Positions 31,365 to 43,119 of a stretch of 64,000 nt of DNA are shown here, piece after piece (position 1 is the first letter of the stretch; each line of letters opens with the position of its first letter). The translations under genes and the position numbers were made by a program. The stretch comes from an uncultured Gemmatimonadaceae bacterium. Its GTDB lineage: Bacteria > Gemmatimonadota > Gemmatimonadetes > Gemmatimonadales > Gemmatimonadaceae. The DNA is taken from the NCBI GenBank assembly GCA_963761305.1, contig CAVXGK010000001.1, positions 352,001 through 416,000 of the forward strand, read 5' to 3'. The notes under the pieces are model-generated. The model searched no databases and was not told where the DNA came from. It saw only the letters and a program-made list of their open reading frames with translations.

Positions 31365-32458
31365 GAGCGGGTAGCCGGCAGAGTGACCGCGAGTTGTGTT
31401 CCCTGCCCACCGTGCCACGCGACGGAGCCGCCCAGTGCCTCGACGCGCTCTCGCAGTCCGCGCAGCCCGTTGCCTTGCGTCAGCGCGCCGCCGAGGCCGT
31501 CGTCCACGACCTCGAGCCGGCAAGCATCGCCGCGGCGCTCCACCCGAACACTGCACACCGTGGCGCGCGCGTGCCGCACGACGTTGGTGATCGCCTCCCG
31601 CATCGCGAGAGCCAGCGTCTCCTCGGCGGCCCGTTCGACTGACGCGGGACTGCCGAAGAACTCCGCACGAATGCCGGCCGTCTCGAGCATCTCCCGCGCG
31701 CGTGCCAACTCCTCATCCCAGCTGGCCCGATATCCGGCGATCGCGGCGCGCACGTCGCTGAGCGCCTGCCGCGAAACCTGCTCGACCTCGCGGATCTCCT
31801 GCACGGCGCGCTGTGGATCACGGTCGGCGAGTCTGGACGCCAGTTCGGCCTTGAGCACGATCAGCGTCAGCGTGTGGCCGAGCACGTCGTGGAGATCGCG
31901 CGCGATACGCTCTCGTTCGGCGACGGTGGCGAGCCGCTCGATCTCCTCGTTGGCCGTCTTGAGTTTCGCGCTGGCGCGATCGACCTGCATCGAATGCCAG
32001 TTCAACGCGCCGACCAGCGGCGTGAATACCGCAACGAAGATCCAGAGGTAGACCGGCGCCGACAATCCCCAGGCCGTCGCCACGCCGATGAGCGTGATGA
32101 TGGAGATGAGGCGCCATGCATCGCGCCGTCGCTCGAGCCTGCCCGCGAACGATGCTGCGTACACGAAGAACGTCGCCGCGCCGGCGTTGACCGGCGAGAA
32201 CGCCAGGCCGAGGGCGACCTGCACACCGATCACAGCGAGCAGCTTGCGGCCACTGACCCAATAACCCGCGAAGTATGAGAGGAGAAAGACGATCGTCGCG
32301 CCGGCCGTCGCGATCCATTCCGTCAGCGATGCACGCTGAAGGACCGGAAAGACGAAGAACCCGGACAGATAAATGAGCCACACGTACGGCACCCAGCCAA
32401 GCGAGGTGCTGCTCGGCAGGAGACGGAACGCCGGCCTGTCAGCGGAAGCGAACGTCAT
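31361..32458 (-). CDS. DesK-type sensor histidine kinase
   Basis: TM helices; ERERIARDLHDVLGH; REAITNVVRH; GNGLRGLRER. Confidence 0.93.
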   Translation of the reverse strand: MTFASADRPAFRLLPSSTSLGWVPYVWLIYLSGFFVFPVLQRASLTEWIATAGATIVFLLSYFAGYWVSGRKLLAVIGVQVALGLAFSPVNAGAATFFVYAASFAGRLERRRDAWRLISIITLIGVATAWGLSAPVYLWIFVAVFTPLVGALNWHSMQVDRASAKLKTANEEIERLATVAERERIARDLHDVLGHTLTLIVLKAELASRLADRDPQRAVQEIREVEQVSRQALSDVRAAIAGYRASWDEELARAREMLETAGIRAEFFGSPASVERAAEETLALAMREAITNVVRHARATVCSVRVERRGDACRLEVVDDGLGGALTQGNGLRGLRERVEALGGSVAWHGGQGTQLAVTLPATRS

Positions 32459-34289
32459 CAATCCGGAACGAGAACGGACCGGCGGCTGGCCCGCCGGCGA
32501 AGATGATCGCCATGAGATCGTGGCCGTCGCTGCCGCCAAAGTCCGAGAACGGGAAGGTGAATTCCTTCCATTCCGGCCCGGCGACAAAGGTCACCGCGAG
32601 CGGAGCGAAGCCCTTGCTCTCGACAAAGGCCAGAACACGGTACGTCTTGCCGTCGCCTTGTGCCCAGAATCGCAGCTCCTTTTTTGACGACAGGTTGACG
32701 GGTGACATCGGCTGCGCGCCCGGCGAGTACATCGCCCCCGCCCACGCATACGGAATTTCGGCCGAGATGGTTCCGCTGATCCCCAGTGACTTCTTCGTTC
32801 CGGCGGCTCCACCATCGACGACCGCCATCTCGGCCGTGGACTTGCCGTTCGCCATGGCGTCGGTCGAGACCATCCATCCGGCGCCGAACGCAACCCCAAT
32901 CGTCCCATCATCAAAGTCGCTGATCAGTCCCGACTCCGATCCACGCGGCGGGCGTGTTGCGTCAGCGAGCGCCTTCGCGATCGTTGCCGCGAACGCCGCG
33001 CGATCGACACGCCGGCCCAGCTTCCATACGCCATCGATGGCGCGGGTCGCCGTGATGTCGGAGGTCGGGTCGCCAGATACCAACACGAGGTCCGCGCGCA
33101 TGCCGGCAACAATGCGACCGCGGTCGTCGAGGTGGAAGATGCGCGCCGGAGTGCTGGTGGCGGCGGCCAGGGCTTCCGTGGGTGTGAGTCCGGCCTGCAC
33201 GAGCAGCTCCAGCTCGCCGTGCAACGAGATGCCGTGGGTCGTTCCGGGGTTGCCGGCGTCAGTCCCGGCAAGGAGTGGCACGCCCGCCTGCTTCAAGGCG
33301 CGCACGGTCGTGGTAGCGGCGTCGTAGGTGGCGGCGGGCGTCCCAGGACGGCGCGAAAAACCCTGTCCGAGCATTGTCGCGTCCGTACGAGAGATGTACG
33401 GCGCGAGGCGCGGATCCTTCACGAGCGCCGCGCCACCATGCCCACCGGCAATGCTTTGGAGAACACTGAGTGTCGGGATGACAAATGCGTGATGCCCGGC
33501 GACAAAGCCGGCAAACGCCGAGTCGGGCGCACGATCCACGAAGAGGTGCGCGAGGCCGTCGGCGCCGGCGTCGATCGCGTCGCGCGCACCCATCAGGCTT
33601 CCGATGTGCACCAGCGCGAGCTTGTGTCGAGCATGCGCGGCCGCAATCACGGCCCGCATCGTTTCCTTGTCGAGCGTTGGAAGGTTCAAGCCATACGTGT
33701 GCCCGTCATCGTAAACGATCTTGATGTAGTCCGATCCCTCGGCGATGCGCGCGTCGACAAACGCCTGCGCGCCCGCCGGCGAGTTGATCGTGGGAATGGG
33801 CCTTCCGTATTCGGTGCCGTGTCCGCCCGGCGCGGTGGCGAGCGTTCCCGCAGAAAGCATGTCGGCGCGCGCCATCGCGGTACCGGCGGCCTGCTCTGCG
33901 CGAAGCGTCTTCGCCAGGACGGTGTCGGTGAACATGTCCAACTCGGTCGTGACTCCGAAGACGACGGCCGACTCGAGCGATCCCGGCCAGACATGGGTAT
34001 GCGAGTCGATCAGCCCGGGCATCAGCGTCTTGCCTTGACCGTCGATTGTCTCGGCGCCCGGCGGCGCGGCCAGTGACTTGCCGATCCTGGCGATTCGTCC
34101 GTTCTCTATGAGGACATCCTCGTTGGCTGTGGCGCGCGTGCCATCGAAGACGCGGACGTTTCGAAACAACGTCGGGACGGACTGTGCGGCCGCGGAAGTC
34201 CGGAGCAGAGCGAGAGCGGCCACCGCGACGGCGACGTGCGCAATGGCGTGAGCGTGGGGAGAGCGGCGAATTGGCATCCAGGTATCCAT
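32439..34289 (-). CDS. Secreted amidohydrolase with C-terminal CIA30-like domain
   Basis: PGLIDSHTH, AGTDAGN, ADLVLV; C-terminal ISDFDDG...FRIDDVRF. Confidence 0.88.
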   Translation of the reverse strand: MDTWMPIRRSPHAHAIAHVAVAVAALALLRTSAAAQSVPTLFRNVRVFDGTRATANEDVLIENGRIARIGKSLAAPPGAETIDGQGKTLMPGLIDSHTHVWPGSLESAVVFGVTTELDMFTDTVLAKTLRAEQAAGTAMARADMLSAGTLATAPGGHGTEYGRPIPTINSPAGAQAFVDARIAEGSDYIKIVYDDGHTYGLNLPTLDKETMRAVIAAAHARHKLALVHIGSLMGARDAIDAGADGLAHLFVDRAPDSAFAGFVAGHHAFVIPTLSVLQSIAGGHGGAALVKDPRLAPYISRTDATMLGQGFSRRPGTPAATYDAATTTVRALKQAGVPLLAGTDAGNPGTTHGISLHGELELLVQAGLTPTEALAAATSTPARIFHLDDRGRIVAGMRADLVLVSGDPTSDITATRAIDGVWKLGRRVDRAAFAATIAKALADATRPPRGSESGLISDFDDGTIGVAFGAGWMVSTDAMANGKSTAEMAVVDGGAAGTKKSLGISGTISAEIPYAWAGAMYSPGAQPMSPVNLSSKKELRFWAQGDGKTYRVLAFVESKGFAPLAVTFVAGPEWKEFTFPFSDFGGSDGHDLMAIIFAGGPAAGPFSFRIDDVRFR

Positions 34290-34371
34290 GGCGTGAGGTC
34301 GACAAGCGCACCTGGCTACACAATGTCGAGCCCCGCATACACAAACCATTGCCATTCGTCAGACGCCGTCG

Positions 34372-34385
34372 ATGACAATTGTCAT
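34372..34385. promoter_or_regulatory. Palindrome ATGACAATTGTCAT, candidate response-regulator site
   Basis: Perfect 14-bp palindrome upstream of the amidohydrolase/two-component operon. Confidence 0.5.
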
Positions 34386-34564
34386 TCGGCACTCGGGGTG
34401 TTTAGGCGGCCGTCGCTACCCGGTTACCACGGAGCAGGAAATCACACGGCATCGGCCGGAGATCACACGCTCGGCGCTTGTACTGGCGGTCGCGTTGTTC
34501 CCGGCCCCTGCGCGCCTTACCTTGGCCGCGATTCGAGCTTGTGCTCCTCGTCGCTCGGAACGGT

Positions 34565-34783
34565 CTCGCGTTGGGCGCGGCCGGTGCGGGCGCCGGCATT
34601 CTGGTTTCGATTGCGGCGAGCCGGCTTCTGGCGGACCAGATGTTTGGCGTCTCCGCCCTGGACCCAGTCACGCTCGCGGCGACGGCGATAGGGCTTGTAG
34701 TCGTCGCGGCACTGGCGAGTCTCGTGCCGGCAATGCGAGCGGCGCGCATCGATCCCGTCAGGACGTTACGGGGGGGAGCGTAG
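34565..34783 (+). pseudogene. Orphan C-terminal fragment of an ABC permease
   Basis: ...FGVSALDPVTL...PAMRAARIDPVRTLR with no upstream body. Confidence 0.75.
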
Positions 34784-34894
34784 CCGATTAGCAAGCCTCA
34801 CGATCGTCGTTAGCTATCAATAATCAGGAGGCTCTATGTCTCGCGCCACTCACTACGCAATAGTCGCACTACTGGCATATGCTGGGGAGAAACA

Positions 34895-35362
34895 ATGCGA
34901 GCGAGTCGTCACTTCATCGCAGTCCTGTTGACCGCGGCTGTTGGATGGGCGTCGTCCGCCTCGGCCCAGTCCACCCCCGCGGATTCGGCGAAAACGCGAG
35001 CTCCGCGCACCCACACCTGCGTGAAAGGCCTCGAGGAATATCAAAGGACCGCTGACATTCCACCGCCGTTCGAGATCCTCAGACCGAACGTGCGGCCGAC
35101 CGCGGTGGATCCGTCGAATTTCCGCGCCTTCATGCTTGGCGTATTCGCCGAGGCCGGTGCAACCGGATTCGTGGCGCAGTCGCAAACGACCGGGCTACAG
35201 CAGTCCTTCGTCGCCATTCCCGTGTTCGTGCCCGCCGACTCCGCGCGCGTCGCGGCGGCGTGTCGCGACTCCGCCTCGCCGAAAAGGTCAACGCTGGGGT
35301 TCATGCTCCGCACAGGTTGGCTTCGCGCACCTTACGTGATGTATGCAGCCACGATTCGGTAA
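34895..35362 (+). CDS. Hypothetical secreted protein
   Basis: RBS GGAGA; signal peptide ending ASA-Q. Confidence 0.6.
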   Translation: MRASRHFIAVLLTAAVGWASSASAQSTPADSAKTRAPRTHTCVKGLEEYQRTADIPPPFEILRPNVRPTAVDPSNFRAFMLGVFAEAGATGFVAQSQTTGLQQSFVAIPVFVPADSARVAAACRDSASPKRSTLGFMLRTGWLRAPYVMYAATIR

Positions 35363-35762
35363 GGCCATCGTCGTCGCGCCGCTAGCAGGGCCGGTAGCCA
35401 TTTTCTCAGTGCTTCTATTGCGCGAGGCGTTCGGGTCGGTGCATGAAGGTTCGATCGCAGCGATCCCCGTGTGGCTGTTCGCACTCGTTCTGTTTGGCGC
35501 CCCACCGGCGTACCTCTCGGCGCTGGTCATCCTCTGGCCGGTGTCGCGGGCGTTGGCCAGTGCGGAGCGTTTCACGTGGCCCGTTGTCACGTCCGTCTCG
35601 GCTCTCGCCGGCGCGATCATCATGCCCACCTATCTTCGCGCCCTCGAGCCGCGAGGTCGAATTGATCTGTTTCCGGGCGCAGGCGTTCTCGCCGGTGCGG
35701 CGACCGGACTCGCGTTCTGGGTAATCGCCACGCGGCCTCGCACGGAGACGACTTTCATATGA
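35343..35762 (+). CDS. Hypothetical membrane protein
   Basis: Four hydrophobic segments. Confidence 0.6.
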   Translation: MQPRFGKAIVVAPLAGPVAIFSVLLLREAFGSVHEGSIAAIPVWLFALVLFGAPPAYLSALVILWPVSRALASAERFTWPVVTSVSALAGAIIMPTYLRALEPRGRIDLFPGAGVLAGAATGLAFWVIATRPRTETTFI

Positions 35763-36028
35763 GCGTCGCCCGCGAACGAACGATTCCCGGTTCGTTCACT
35801 TCTCCGGCGGGGCGATTTGCGGAGGGCGTTGGCAATCGGAAGGTCATTTTCGCACGTGCCTCCAAGCGGGACAACGCCGCCCGCCAGACCGAACCTCGGG
35901 CCGACAAATCACACGGGTGTGTCGGCAGATCACGCCTTCGGCGTATTTTCCGGCTGTCCCGTTGTCCTCGGCTCTGGCGCAGACTATCGTGGACCGCGTC
36001 TGCGAACTTGCCCCCGGAGTGCTGATCT

Positions 36029-36526
36029 ATGAGGCTAAGGGTGAGAGATGGCGTTGCACACAATGTCGATGGACAGCGCACCATCAGCGTCGTGCGCGCC
36101 TACCTCGCGGCGCTCGTCGAGGCGCGTCGTAGCCTCGGCTCAACGGCTAGCGCGACAGAACTAGAATATGGGGCAGCCGCTCTGGATTTTCACATGCCGG
36201 TTGCAGTGTTGCGACGACTTGGATCTGTTCGCTCGTCAGTCGGCACCCCACTACCGCTGATCGTCGCCGTCGACGTCGTGCGCCGCGGAGTTCCGATGGA
36301 TTCGGTTGGCCGCCGCTTTGTGGAGCTCGTCCAGGTTCATGCCACCGACACCGAGTTCATCGAGCTGTTGCTGCGCGTCGGAGTTGCGAGAGCACAGGGA
36401 TCCTCGGTGCTGGCCGCCTATCGCGCAGGATTGGACGCGATCCGGTCGGCTCATCGGTCCCAGTGGGAGCGGTTCATCGAAGTGATCGAGACTCTGTCCG
36501 TACCCAAAGCAAAGGCGGGTATATGA
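36029..36526 (+). CDS. Hypothetical protein, probably a fragment
   Basis: Helical ORF with ATGA overlap into the permease start. Confidence 0.45.
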   Translation: MRLRVRDGVAHNVDGQRTISVVRAYLAALVEARRSLGSTASATELEYGAAALDFHMPVAVLRRLGSVRSSVGTPLPLIVAVDVVRRGVPMDSVGRRFVELVQVHATDTEFIELLLRVGVARAQGSSVLAAYRAGLDAIRSAHRSQWERFIEVIETLSVPKAKAGI

Positions 36527-39162
36527 GAGCGATTCGCCTCTGGCTGCGCCGCGATCGGGAGCGCGCGCTGCGCGACGAGATCAACGCCCATCTCGAGATG
36601 GACCGCGCCGACCGTATCGCGCGCGGCGAATCGCCGAGCGACGCCGAGCTCAACGCGCGCGCCGACTTCGGCAACGTCGGTCTGGTCCAGGAGGTGACGC
36701 GTGACGCCTGGGCCGGCATCTGGCTGGACCGCCTCGGACAAGATGTTCGATTCGGCGCCCGCATGTTGTGGCGAACCCCCGGCTTCACGACGCTGGCCGT
36801 CGTCTGCCTCGCCTTGGGGATCGGAGGAAACGCCGCCGTCTTCAGTTGGGTGGAGAGCATTCTCCTTCGACCGTACCCGGGCGTGGCCGACCAGAGTCGA
36901 CTCGTCGCGATTGCCGGCACCGGCAAGGGCGAACCCGGCTACTCGGACATGTCGTGGCCGGACTTCACAGATCTCTCGCGAAGCTCGAATCTCTTCTCGG
37001 CCTTCGTCGCCACTAAGATCATCGGCGCCGCGCTCACCGGCGGCGATCGCGCCGAGCGCGCCGTCGGGCAACTCGTGTCGGCGAACTACTTCGACGCGCT
37101 GGGCGTCCATCCGATCCTCGGCCGCGGGTTCCTGCCGGACGAGGAAACCGGTGCCAACGCGCACCCGGTCACCGTCATCAGCTTCCGCCTGTGGCGCGAT
37201 CGATTCGCCGGCGACCGCGCCGTGATCGGCAAGACGATCATGCTCAATCGCGTCGCGCACACAATCGTCGGCGTGGCGCCGGAATCGTTTGCCGGCACCT
37301 TCGTCGGCTACGCGATGCAATTCTGGGTGCCCGCGTCGATGCAGGCCGCATTCAACGGAACGTACCAGCTCGACGACCGCTCGGCGCGGTGGATCGAGGG
37401 GTTGGCGGTTCTCGCGCCGGGGGTGAGCGTCGCGCGCGCGCAGGCCGCGATGTCCACCGCGGCCGGGCGGCTCGAGTCGCAATTTCCGAACGCGGATCGC
37501 GGGCGGGGCGTGCGCGTGCTGCCTCTCTGGAAAGCGCCATTCGACAATGCGCAAGAGCTCCTGCCCATGATCCGCATCGCATTCATCGTCGTCGTTCTCG
37601 TTCTGCTCGTCGCGTGCGCGAACGTCGCCAACCTTCTCCTCGTGCGATCCGTCGCCAGACGCCAGGAAATGACGGCGCGTTTGGCGCTCGGCGCGAGCCG
37701 AGGGCGGCTGCTCCGCCAGTTGATCACCGAGGGCGTCCTCCTGTCGTTGCTCGCGACGGCGGTCGGGCTCGTCGTCGCGTACTGGAGCCGTCACGCGCTC
37801 GTGCTGTTCTTTGCGCCGCGCGGCGGCGTGAATCTGACGTTCTCGGTCGACCTCGATTGGCGGGTGTTGGCGCTGAGCGGACTCCTCGGGTTGACATCGA
37901 CGCTCGCGTTCGCGCTCGTTCCCGCCCTGCGTGGAACCCGGGTCGATCTCGCGAGCGCGCTCAAAGCCGATTCACGTTCGGCGTCGGGCGGCGCCGGCGT
38001 GCGGCTGCGTGGCGGTCTCGTCATCCTTCAAGTCGCCGTGAGCCTGGTTCTCGTCGTCGGCGCCGGCCTCCTTGCGAGTAGCCTTCAACGCATCGGCGAC
38101 GCGGATCCGGGGTTCCGCGAGGACGGCGTGTTCACGACGCGCGTCGGGCTCCTCTCCGCCGGGTACGACACGACGCGCGCCAAGCGCTTCGCGCAGGATC
38201 TCGTCGATCGGCTTCACGGCGTCGCAGGCATAGACTCCGTCGCCATCGCGCGCACGATTCCGTTCGAGCCGTCCGGACCGTTCGCGTCGGCTCCCGTCGC
38301 CACCGACGCGTATCGTCCGGAGCAGGATGAGCAGCCGTCGGCGAACTACAACGCCGTCACACCGGGATACTTCGCCACACTCGGCATTCCGCTCCTTCGC
38401 GGCCGAGACTTCACGCGCGCCGACGACGACACGACGGCACCGGTGGCGATCGTGAGCGAAGCGATGGCGGCGAAGTACTGGCCCGGCGCCGATCCCGTCG
38501 GCAAGCGCCTTCGCGTTCGCGATCGATGGATGCAGGTCGTCGGGCTGGCAAAGAACATTCAGTATCAATCCTTACTCACACCACCGGAACCGCTCTTCTA
38601 CCTACCGTTTCGCCAGAGCGTGGCGCTGTCGTTTGCGGTCCAGGTTCGCACGCGCGACGGCGCCGCGACGCTCCGACCGGCGTTCGTGCGCGTCCTTCGC
38701 GAGCTCGATCCGAACGTGGTCCCCTATGAGCTGCTTTCCATGCGCGAGCAGGTCGCGCGATCCACGTCTACCCAACACGTCGCCGGCGCCTTTCTCGGCG
38801 TCTTTGCCGCTGTGGCGCTCGCATTGGCCGCGCTCGGCGTCTACGGCGTCATGTCGTACGTGGTGACGCAGAGCAGGCGCGAGCTCGGGCTTCGCATGGC
38901 GCTCGGCGCCGCGCCGCGCGACGTGCTCGGTCTCGTGCTTTATCGGGGCCTCGCGCTCACGGGCGTGGGAATCATCGTCGGTCTGGCCGTAGCGCTCGGC
39001 ACGACGCGCCTCCTCGGCGACCTTCTATATAAGGTGAGCCCGCGCGATCCCCGGATCTTCGCCCTCGCCCTCGCGGTCATGGTCGTCGGGGCCGTCGCGG
39101 CATGCGCGGTTCCGGCGTGGCGAGCCGTACGAACGGACCTCGTGAACGCCCTACGCGTGTAG
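36523..39162 (+). CDS. ADOP-like duplicated ABC permease
   Basis: RDEINAHLEM..ARADFGN; LLVACANVANLLL; RRELGLRMALGA. Confidence 0.93.
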   Translation: MRAIRLWLRRDRERALRDEINAHLEMDRADRIARGESPSDAELNARADFGNVGLVQEVTRDAWAGIWLDRLGQDVRFGARMLWRTPGFTTLAVVCLALGIGGNAAVFSWVESILLRPYPGVADQSRLVAIAGTGKGEPGYSDMSWPDFTDLSRSSNLFSAFVATKIIGAALTGGDRAERAVGQLVSANYFDALGVHPILGRGFLPDEETGANAHPVTVISFRLWRDRFAGDRAVIGKTIMLNRVAHTIVGVAPESFAGTFVGYAMQFWVPASMQAAFNGTYQLDDRSARWIEGLAVLAPGVSVARAQAAMSTAAGRLESQFPNADRGRGVRVLPLWKAPFDNAQELLPMIRIAFIVVVLVLLVACANVANLLLVRSVARRQEMTARLALGASRGRLLRQLITEGVLLSLLATAVGLVVAYWSRHALVLFFAPRGGVNLTFSVDLDWRVLALSGLLGLTSTLAFALVPALRGTRVDLASALKADSRSASGGAGVRLRGGLVILQVAVSLVLVVGAGLLASSLQRIGDADPGFREDGVFTTRVGLLSAGYDTTRAKRFAQDLVDRLHGVAGIDSVAIARTIPFEPSGPFASAPVATDAYRPEQDEQPSANYNAVTPGYFATLGIPLLRGRDFTRADDDTTAPVAIVSEAMAAKYWPGADPVGKRLRVRDRWMQVVGLAKNIQYQSLLTPPEPLFYLPFRQSVALSFAVQVRTRDGAATLRPAFVRVLRELDPNVVPYELLSMREQVARSTSTQHVAGAFLGVFAAVALALAALGVYGVMSYVVTQSRRELGLRMALGAAPRDVLGLVLYRGLALTGVGIIVGLAVALGTTRLLGDLLYKVSPRDPRIFALALAVMVVGAVAACAVPAWRAVRTDLVNALRV

Positions 39163-39222
39163 CGCAGCCGTCTGACCCGTCTCAATACGTCAGACCCCGC
39201 TTTTTTCCACGGGCCCACCGGG

Positions 39223-39696
39223 CTAGCGTGTCCTTTGCATTCGAAACGGCGTCGCCGTCGGGTCGGTGGTTACGTAGAACACCAGCATTTCGTTCTGCGC
39301 GATGAGCGTGCCGACGTAGTGTGCGGCCTGATCCGTGGAACGAAACGGGCCGCCGCCGCTTGACGTTATCGCCAGAACGATGCTGTCCCCACGCACCCGC
39401 CCGAGAATCTGCAACGAGGCGCCACAGCATGCTTCGAAGCTTACCCCTCCGGTGCCGGTGATGACGGTGTCATCCACCGAGAGACTCCATTCTTGGGAGC
39501 TCCCGGGAACCTCATCCTCCTCGTCCCATGTCCCACTCAAGAGCGCGGGCGTCACGTGAAATGGCGCCGGGTTCGTCACATCGCGACACCCGACAAGCGT
39601 CGCCGCGGCCAATGCGGCCCCAACGGTGAATACGAACGCGAACCGCAGCGTTCTGCAAATTCGGACAGCGTCATGCATGATAGTTAAAGCTGACAC
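39223..39696 (-). CDS. Hypothetical lipoprotein (EACC-motif domain)
   Basis: Lipobox LVGC; similar to the N-terminal domain of 43737..45338. Confidence 0.7.
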   Translation of the reverse strand: MSALTIMHDAVRICRTLRFAFVFTVGAALAAATLVGCRDVTNPAPFHVTPALLSGTWDEEDEVPGSSQEWSLSVDDTVITGTGGVSFEACCGASLQILGRVRGDSIVLAITSSGGGPFRSTDQAAHYVGTLIAQNEMLVFYVTTDPTATPFRMQRTR

Positions 39697-39873
39697 GTTG
39701 GAGTCTCTCCGCGGGCCTAGAGACTTTCGTCATCCGTCGCCCGACGATCCCCTGAGACCGGCCTAACTGGCTTCTTCGTCAGGACGTCACACCTCAGGGC
39801 TCACGCGGACGCATGATGCCGTGCATCCCGGTAGCTCGCCTGATACACGCCGAACCAGTCGGCGCGCGCAGCT

Positions 39874-42530
39874 TTACTCGGTTCGCAGAACCTCCGCCGG
39901 ATCAACGCTCCCTGCCTTCCTCGCCGGTATCCAACTGGCGAGCGTCGCCGTCGACAACAACAACAGCGTCGCGGCCGCAATCGTGAGCGGATCCCACGGC
40001 GCCACGCCGAACAGAAGGCTCCGCATGAACCGCGAGGCCCCGACGAACAGTGCCATGCCGACCGCAACGCCAATCCCGGTGAGCGCGAGCCCCTGGCGCG
40101 TCGTCGCCGCAGCCACACTGCTCGGCGTGGCGCCAAGCGCGATGCGAATGCTCAGCTCTCGGCGGCGAAGCGTGACCACGTACGCCATCACGCCATATAG
40201 CCCCACCGCCCCCAGAACCAGCGTGACGATTGCCGCCCCGCCGAGGATGAGGATGACGAAAGCGAGGCGAGCAGTCGCCGCTCCAAGAGCGGTTTCCATC
40301 GTTCGCACGTCGAACGTCGGTAGCGCGGGGTCGAGCTCGCGAATGATCTGCCGCACGGCGGGCACGCTCGACGTCGGCTCGCCACTCGTTCGCACCACGA
40401 CCGCCATGGTCCGCGCGGGCCGGCGACTCGGCGTCTCCTTCGACACTGTCTCCGGGAAATAGACCGTCGGCGACGGGGACGCGGCGAGCGCCGTGTCGCG
40501 GGCGTCGCCGACGACGCCGACGACCGTGAACAGCGTGCCGCCCGGCAACGGTCGAAATTGCTTTCCGAGAGCCGCCGCGCCGGTCGAATCCTTCCAGAAA
40601 AGCTGCGCAGTGCGGCTCGACACGATCGCCTCGCTGCCGCGCTGCGCATCCATTCGGTCGAACAGCTTGCCCGCGAGCAACGGTATTCTCAGCGCACGAA
40701 AGTAGTCGCCACCCACGATCGTGAACACCACGAGCGGCGGCAGCTTGGAGACATACGACTGATCGTCTTCCGGATACAGCGGATTGGGGTCTATGCCTCG
40801 GTCCTCGAGCGGCAGGCGCGACGTGACGGCGACATTCGTCACGCCCGGGAGCTGCGCAACGCGATCGACGAGCGTCGAATAAAAGCGTCCGACATCCCCG
40901 TCGGCCGGGTAGCGCGTCTTGGAGAGTGACATCCAGAGTGTTTCGACGTGGTTGGGGTCGAATCCCGGTCGCACCGCGTGCAGCCGTTGGAACGAACGGA
41001 GCAACAGCCCTGACGCACCGAGCACGACGAGGCAGAGCGCGATCTGCCCGACGGCCAGCACGGCCCGTGCGCGGTGTTGCCTGCGGCCCGCGGTGCTGCT
41101 CCGCCCCCCCTCGCGAAGCGCCGGCGCGCCCAGCCCGACGCGAAGCATCGGCATGACGCTGCAAACGAGCGCACTGAGCGTCGTGATCACGGCGGCGACC
41201 AACACCGCTCGGCCGTCGATTCTGAGCTCGGTGAGCCGCGGAAAGTCGGTCGGTCCCAGAGACACGAGCGCGCGAACGGTGAGCCACGCCGCGCCGAGCC
41301 CGAGGATGCCGGCGACAACCGCGAGAACAACGGCCTCCGATATGAAGAATTGCATCACGCGCCACCGACCCGCGCCGAGGGCCTCACGAACCCCGATCTC
41401 TCGCTGGCGCGCGTCCGCCCTGACGAGTGTAAGGTTCGCCACGTTCGCGCAGGCGACGAGAAGGAGCACGAAACCGGCGCCGGCCATGACCCACAGCGCG
41501 CCGGCGATTCCACCCGTGATGTCGTCGCGCCAGGGATTCAGCACCGGCTGCGGTTTGACCTGTGCCAGCATCTGACTGGTCGTGAGGCCTCGCACGAACG
41601 AGGGAAACAATTCGGCCGCGCGCGGCAGCACGGCGGCGAAGTCGCGTTGCGCATCCGCCACCGAGACGCCCGGCTTGAGGCGGGCCACGCCGTTGTAGCT
41701 GAACGCGACCGGTGGAGGATCGACCGGATCCAACGCCAGCGGCATCCAGATTTGCGTCGCCGCGGAGGGGAACTGGAAGTCCGGCGGCATCACGCCGATG
41801 ATCTCGCGGCTCACGTCGTCGACGCGAAGCCGCCGACCGATGATCGCCGCGTCGCCGCCGAAATCGCGGCGCCACATGGCATCGCTGATCACGACGACGG
41901 GTGGCGCGTTCGGAGTGTCCTCTGACTCGGTGAAAACGTGCCCGCGGCCGGCTGATACGCCGAGCACTCGAAACAGGCTCGCCGAAAACAGCGCCGTTGT
42001 TACGCGGCGCGGCGTCACTGTCGCGCCGTTCGACAGGTCGGCGTTGGCCGCACCTTCGTCGTAGACGCCGATCTCCTCGATCGTGTGGGCCTGCGTTCGG
42101 TACGTGAAATACGTTGTCGGCGCCTGTTGCCCGTGCGTCATCCCCAGCAATGGAAAGTCGTGCCATGCACCGACGAGTCGATCAGGAGTCTTGTACGGCA
42201 ACGGCCGCAGCAGGACGCCGTCGATGACGGCGAAGATCGCTACGACGGCGCCGATCCCCATGAAGAGCGTCAGAACGGCCGTGACCGTGAACGCGGGCCA
42301 TCGCCGCAACGAGCGAATGGCGTACCGAACGTCCTGCGCGAGCGCCTCGCCCCAGCGCGATATCCGCTGCCGCCGCGGACGCCGCCGGTCGACCGCAACC
42401 AGTTCGCGCCGCGACGCGTCAAGGTCGCCGAACTCCGACTCGGCGGCCTGCCGCGCTTCGCTCTCTGTCGGCCCGCTCTCGACGAGCCGTCGAGCGCGCA
42501 TGGCGAGTGATTCTACTTCCGGACCGTCAT
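39874..42530 (-). CDS. ADOP-like ABC permease whose 5' end is fused in frame to an unrelated ORF
   Basis: Permease motifs begin at EVESLAMRA..EFGD; the upstream part (from ~42807) is unrelated; no PadR. Confidence 0.85.
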
Positions 42531-43119
42531 GAGCCGCGATCGCTCGCCGCACAATGATCGCGGCCTCGGTGAGTGCGAAGGAGAGTTCCACCTCATGCTG
42601 CGATCGCGTCCCGATGCGCCGCAGTTCGTCCAGGATGAACCCGGCCACCAGGAGGCTACAGCCGATTCGCGTTTCGTCAGCCGACTCGCTGTCTTCGAAT
42701 TCGATCTCGGAATCACCCAAGCCAAACAACGACTCGCGCGCGAAGACCGCTTCGTCGAGTAGGGCATGAGCTGCCATAAGCGGCAGGACGACACGAATTG
42801 CAGTCATGGCAGGCTGGGCACCCGGGCCAGACAAGGCCTCATCGACCCAGCATCGTTCCTGAACTGCCGCCCACAAGCGCTGGGAGAGGCCGGATCGCGA
42901 ATTGCCGTGGTGATCATTGCCTGCCCCGCGCGAAGGCGAACGGGCGAATCGAATGGCGACAGGATAGACGCGAGCTGTTCCGGTGCACAATGCAGTGCTG
43001 ATCGATTGCAATTCTCGCGTGATTTCCGGCCCCCTTCCCGTGATCTGTTGCCCGTTGATCCCGCCGAGTTCCGCCGACTTCTTCATCCCTCGGCGTCGTA
43101 GCATCGATCTTCGACGCAC

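Noticed and set aside
34790..35350. Possible attC remnants near 34809 (GTTAGCT) and 35320-35348
   Set aside because: Only partial core-like motifs; no convincing paired arms.
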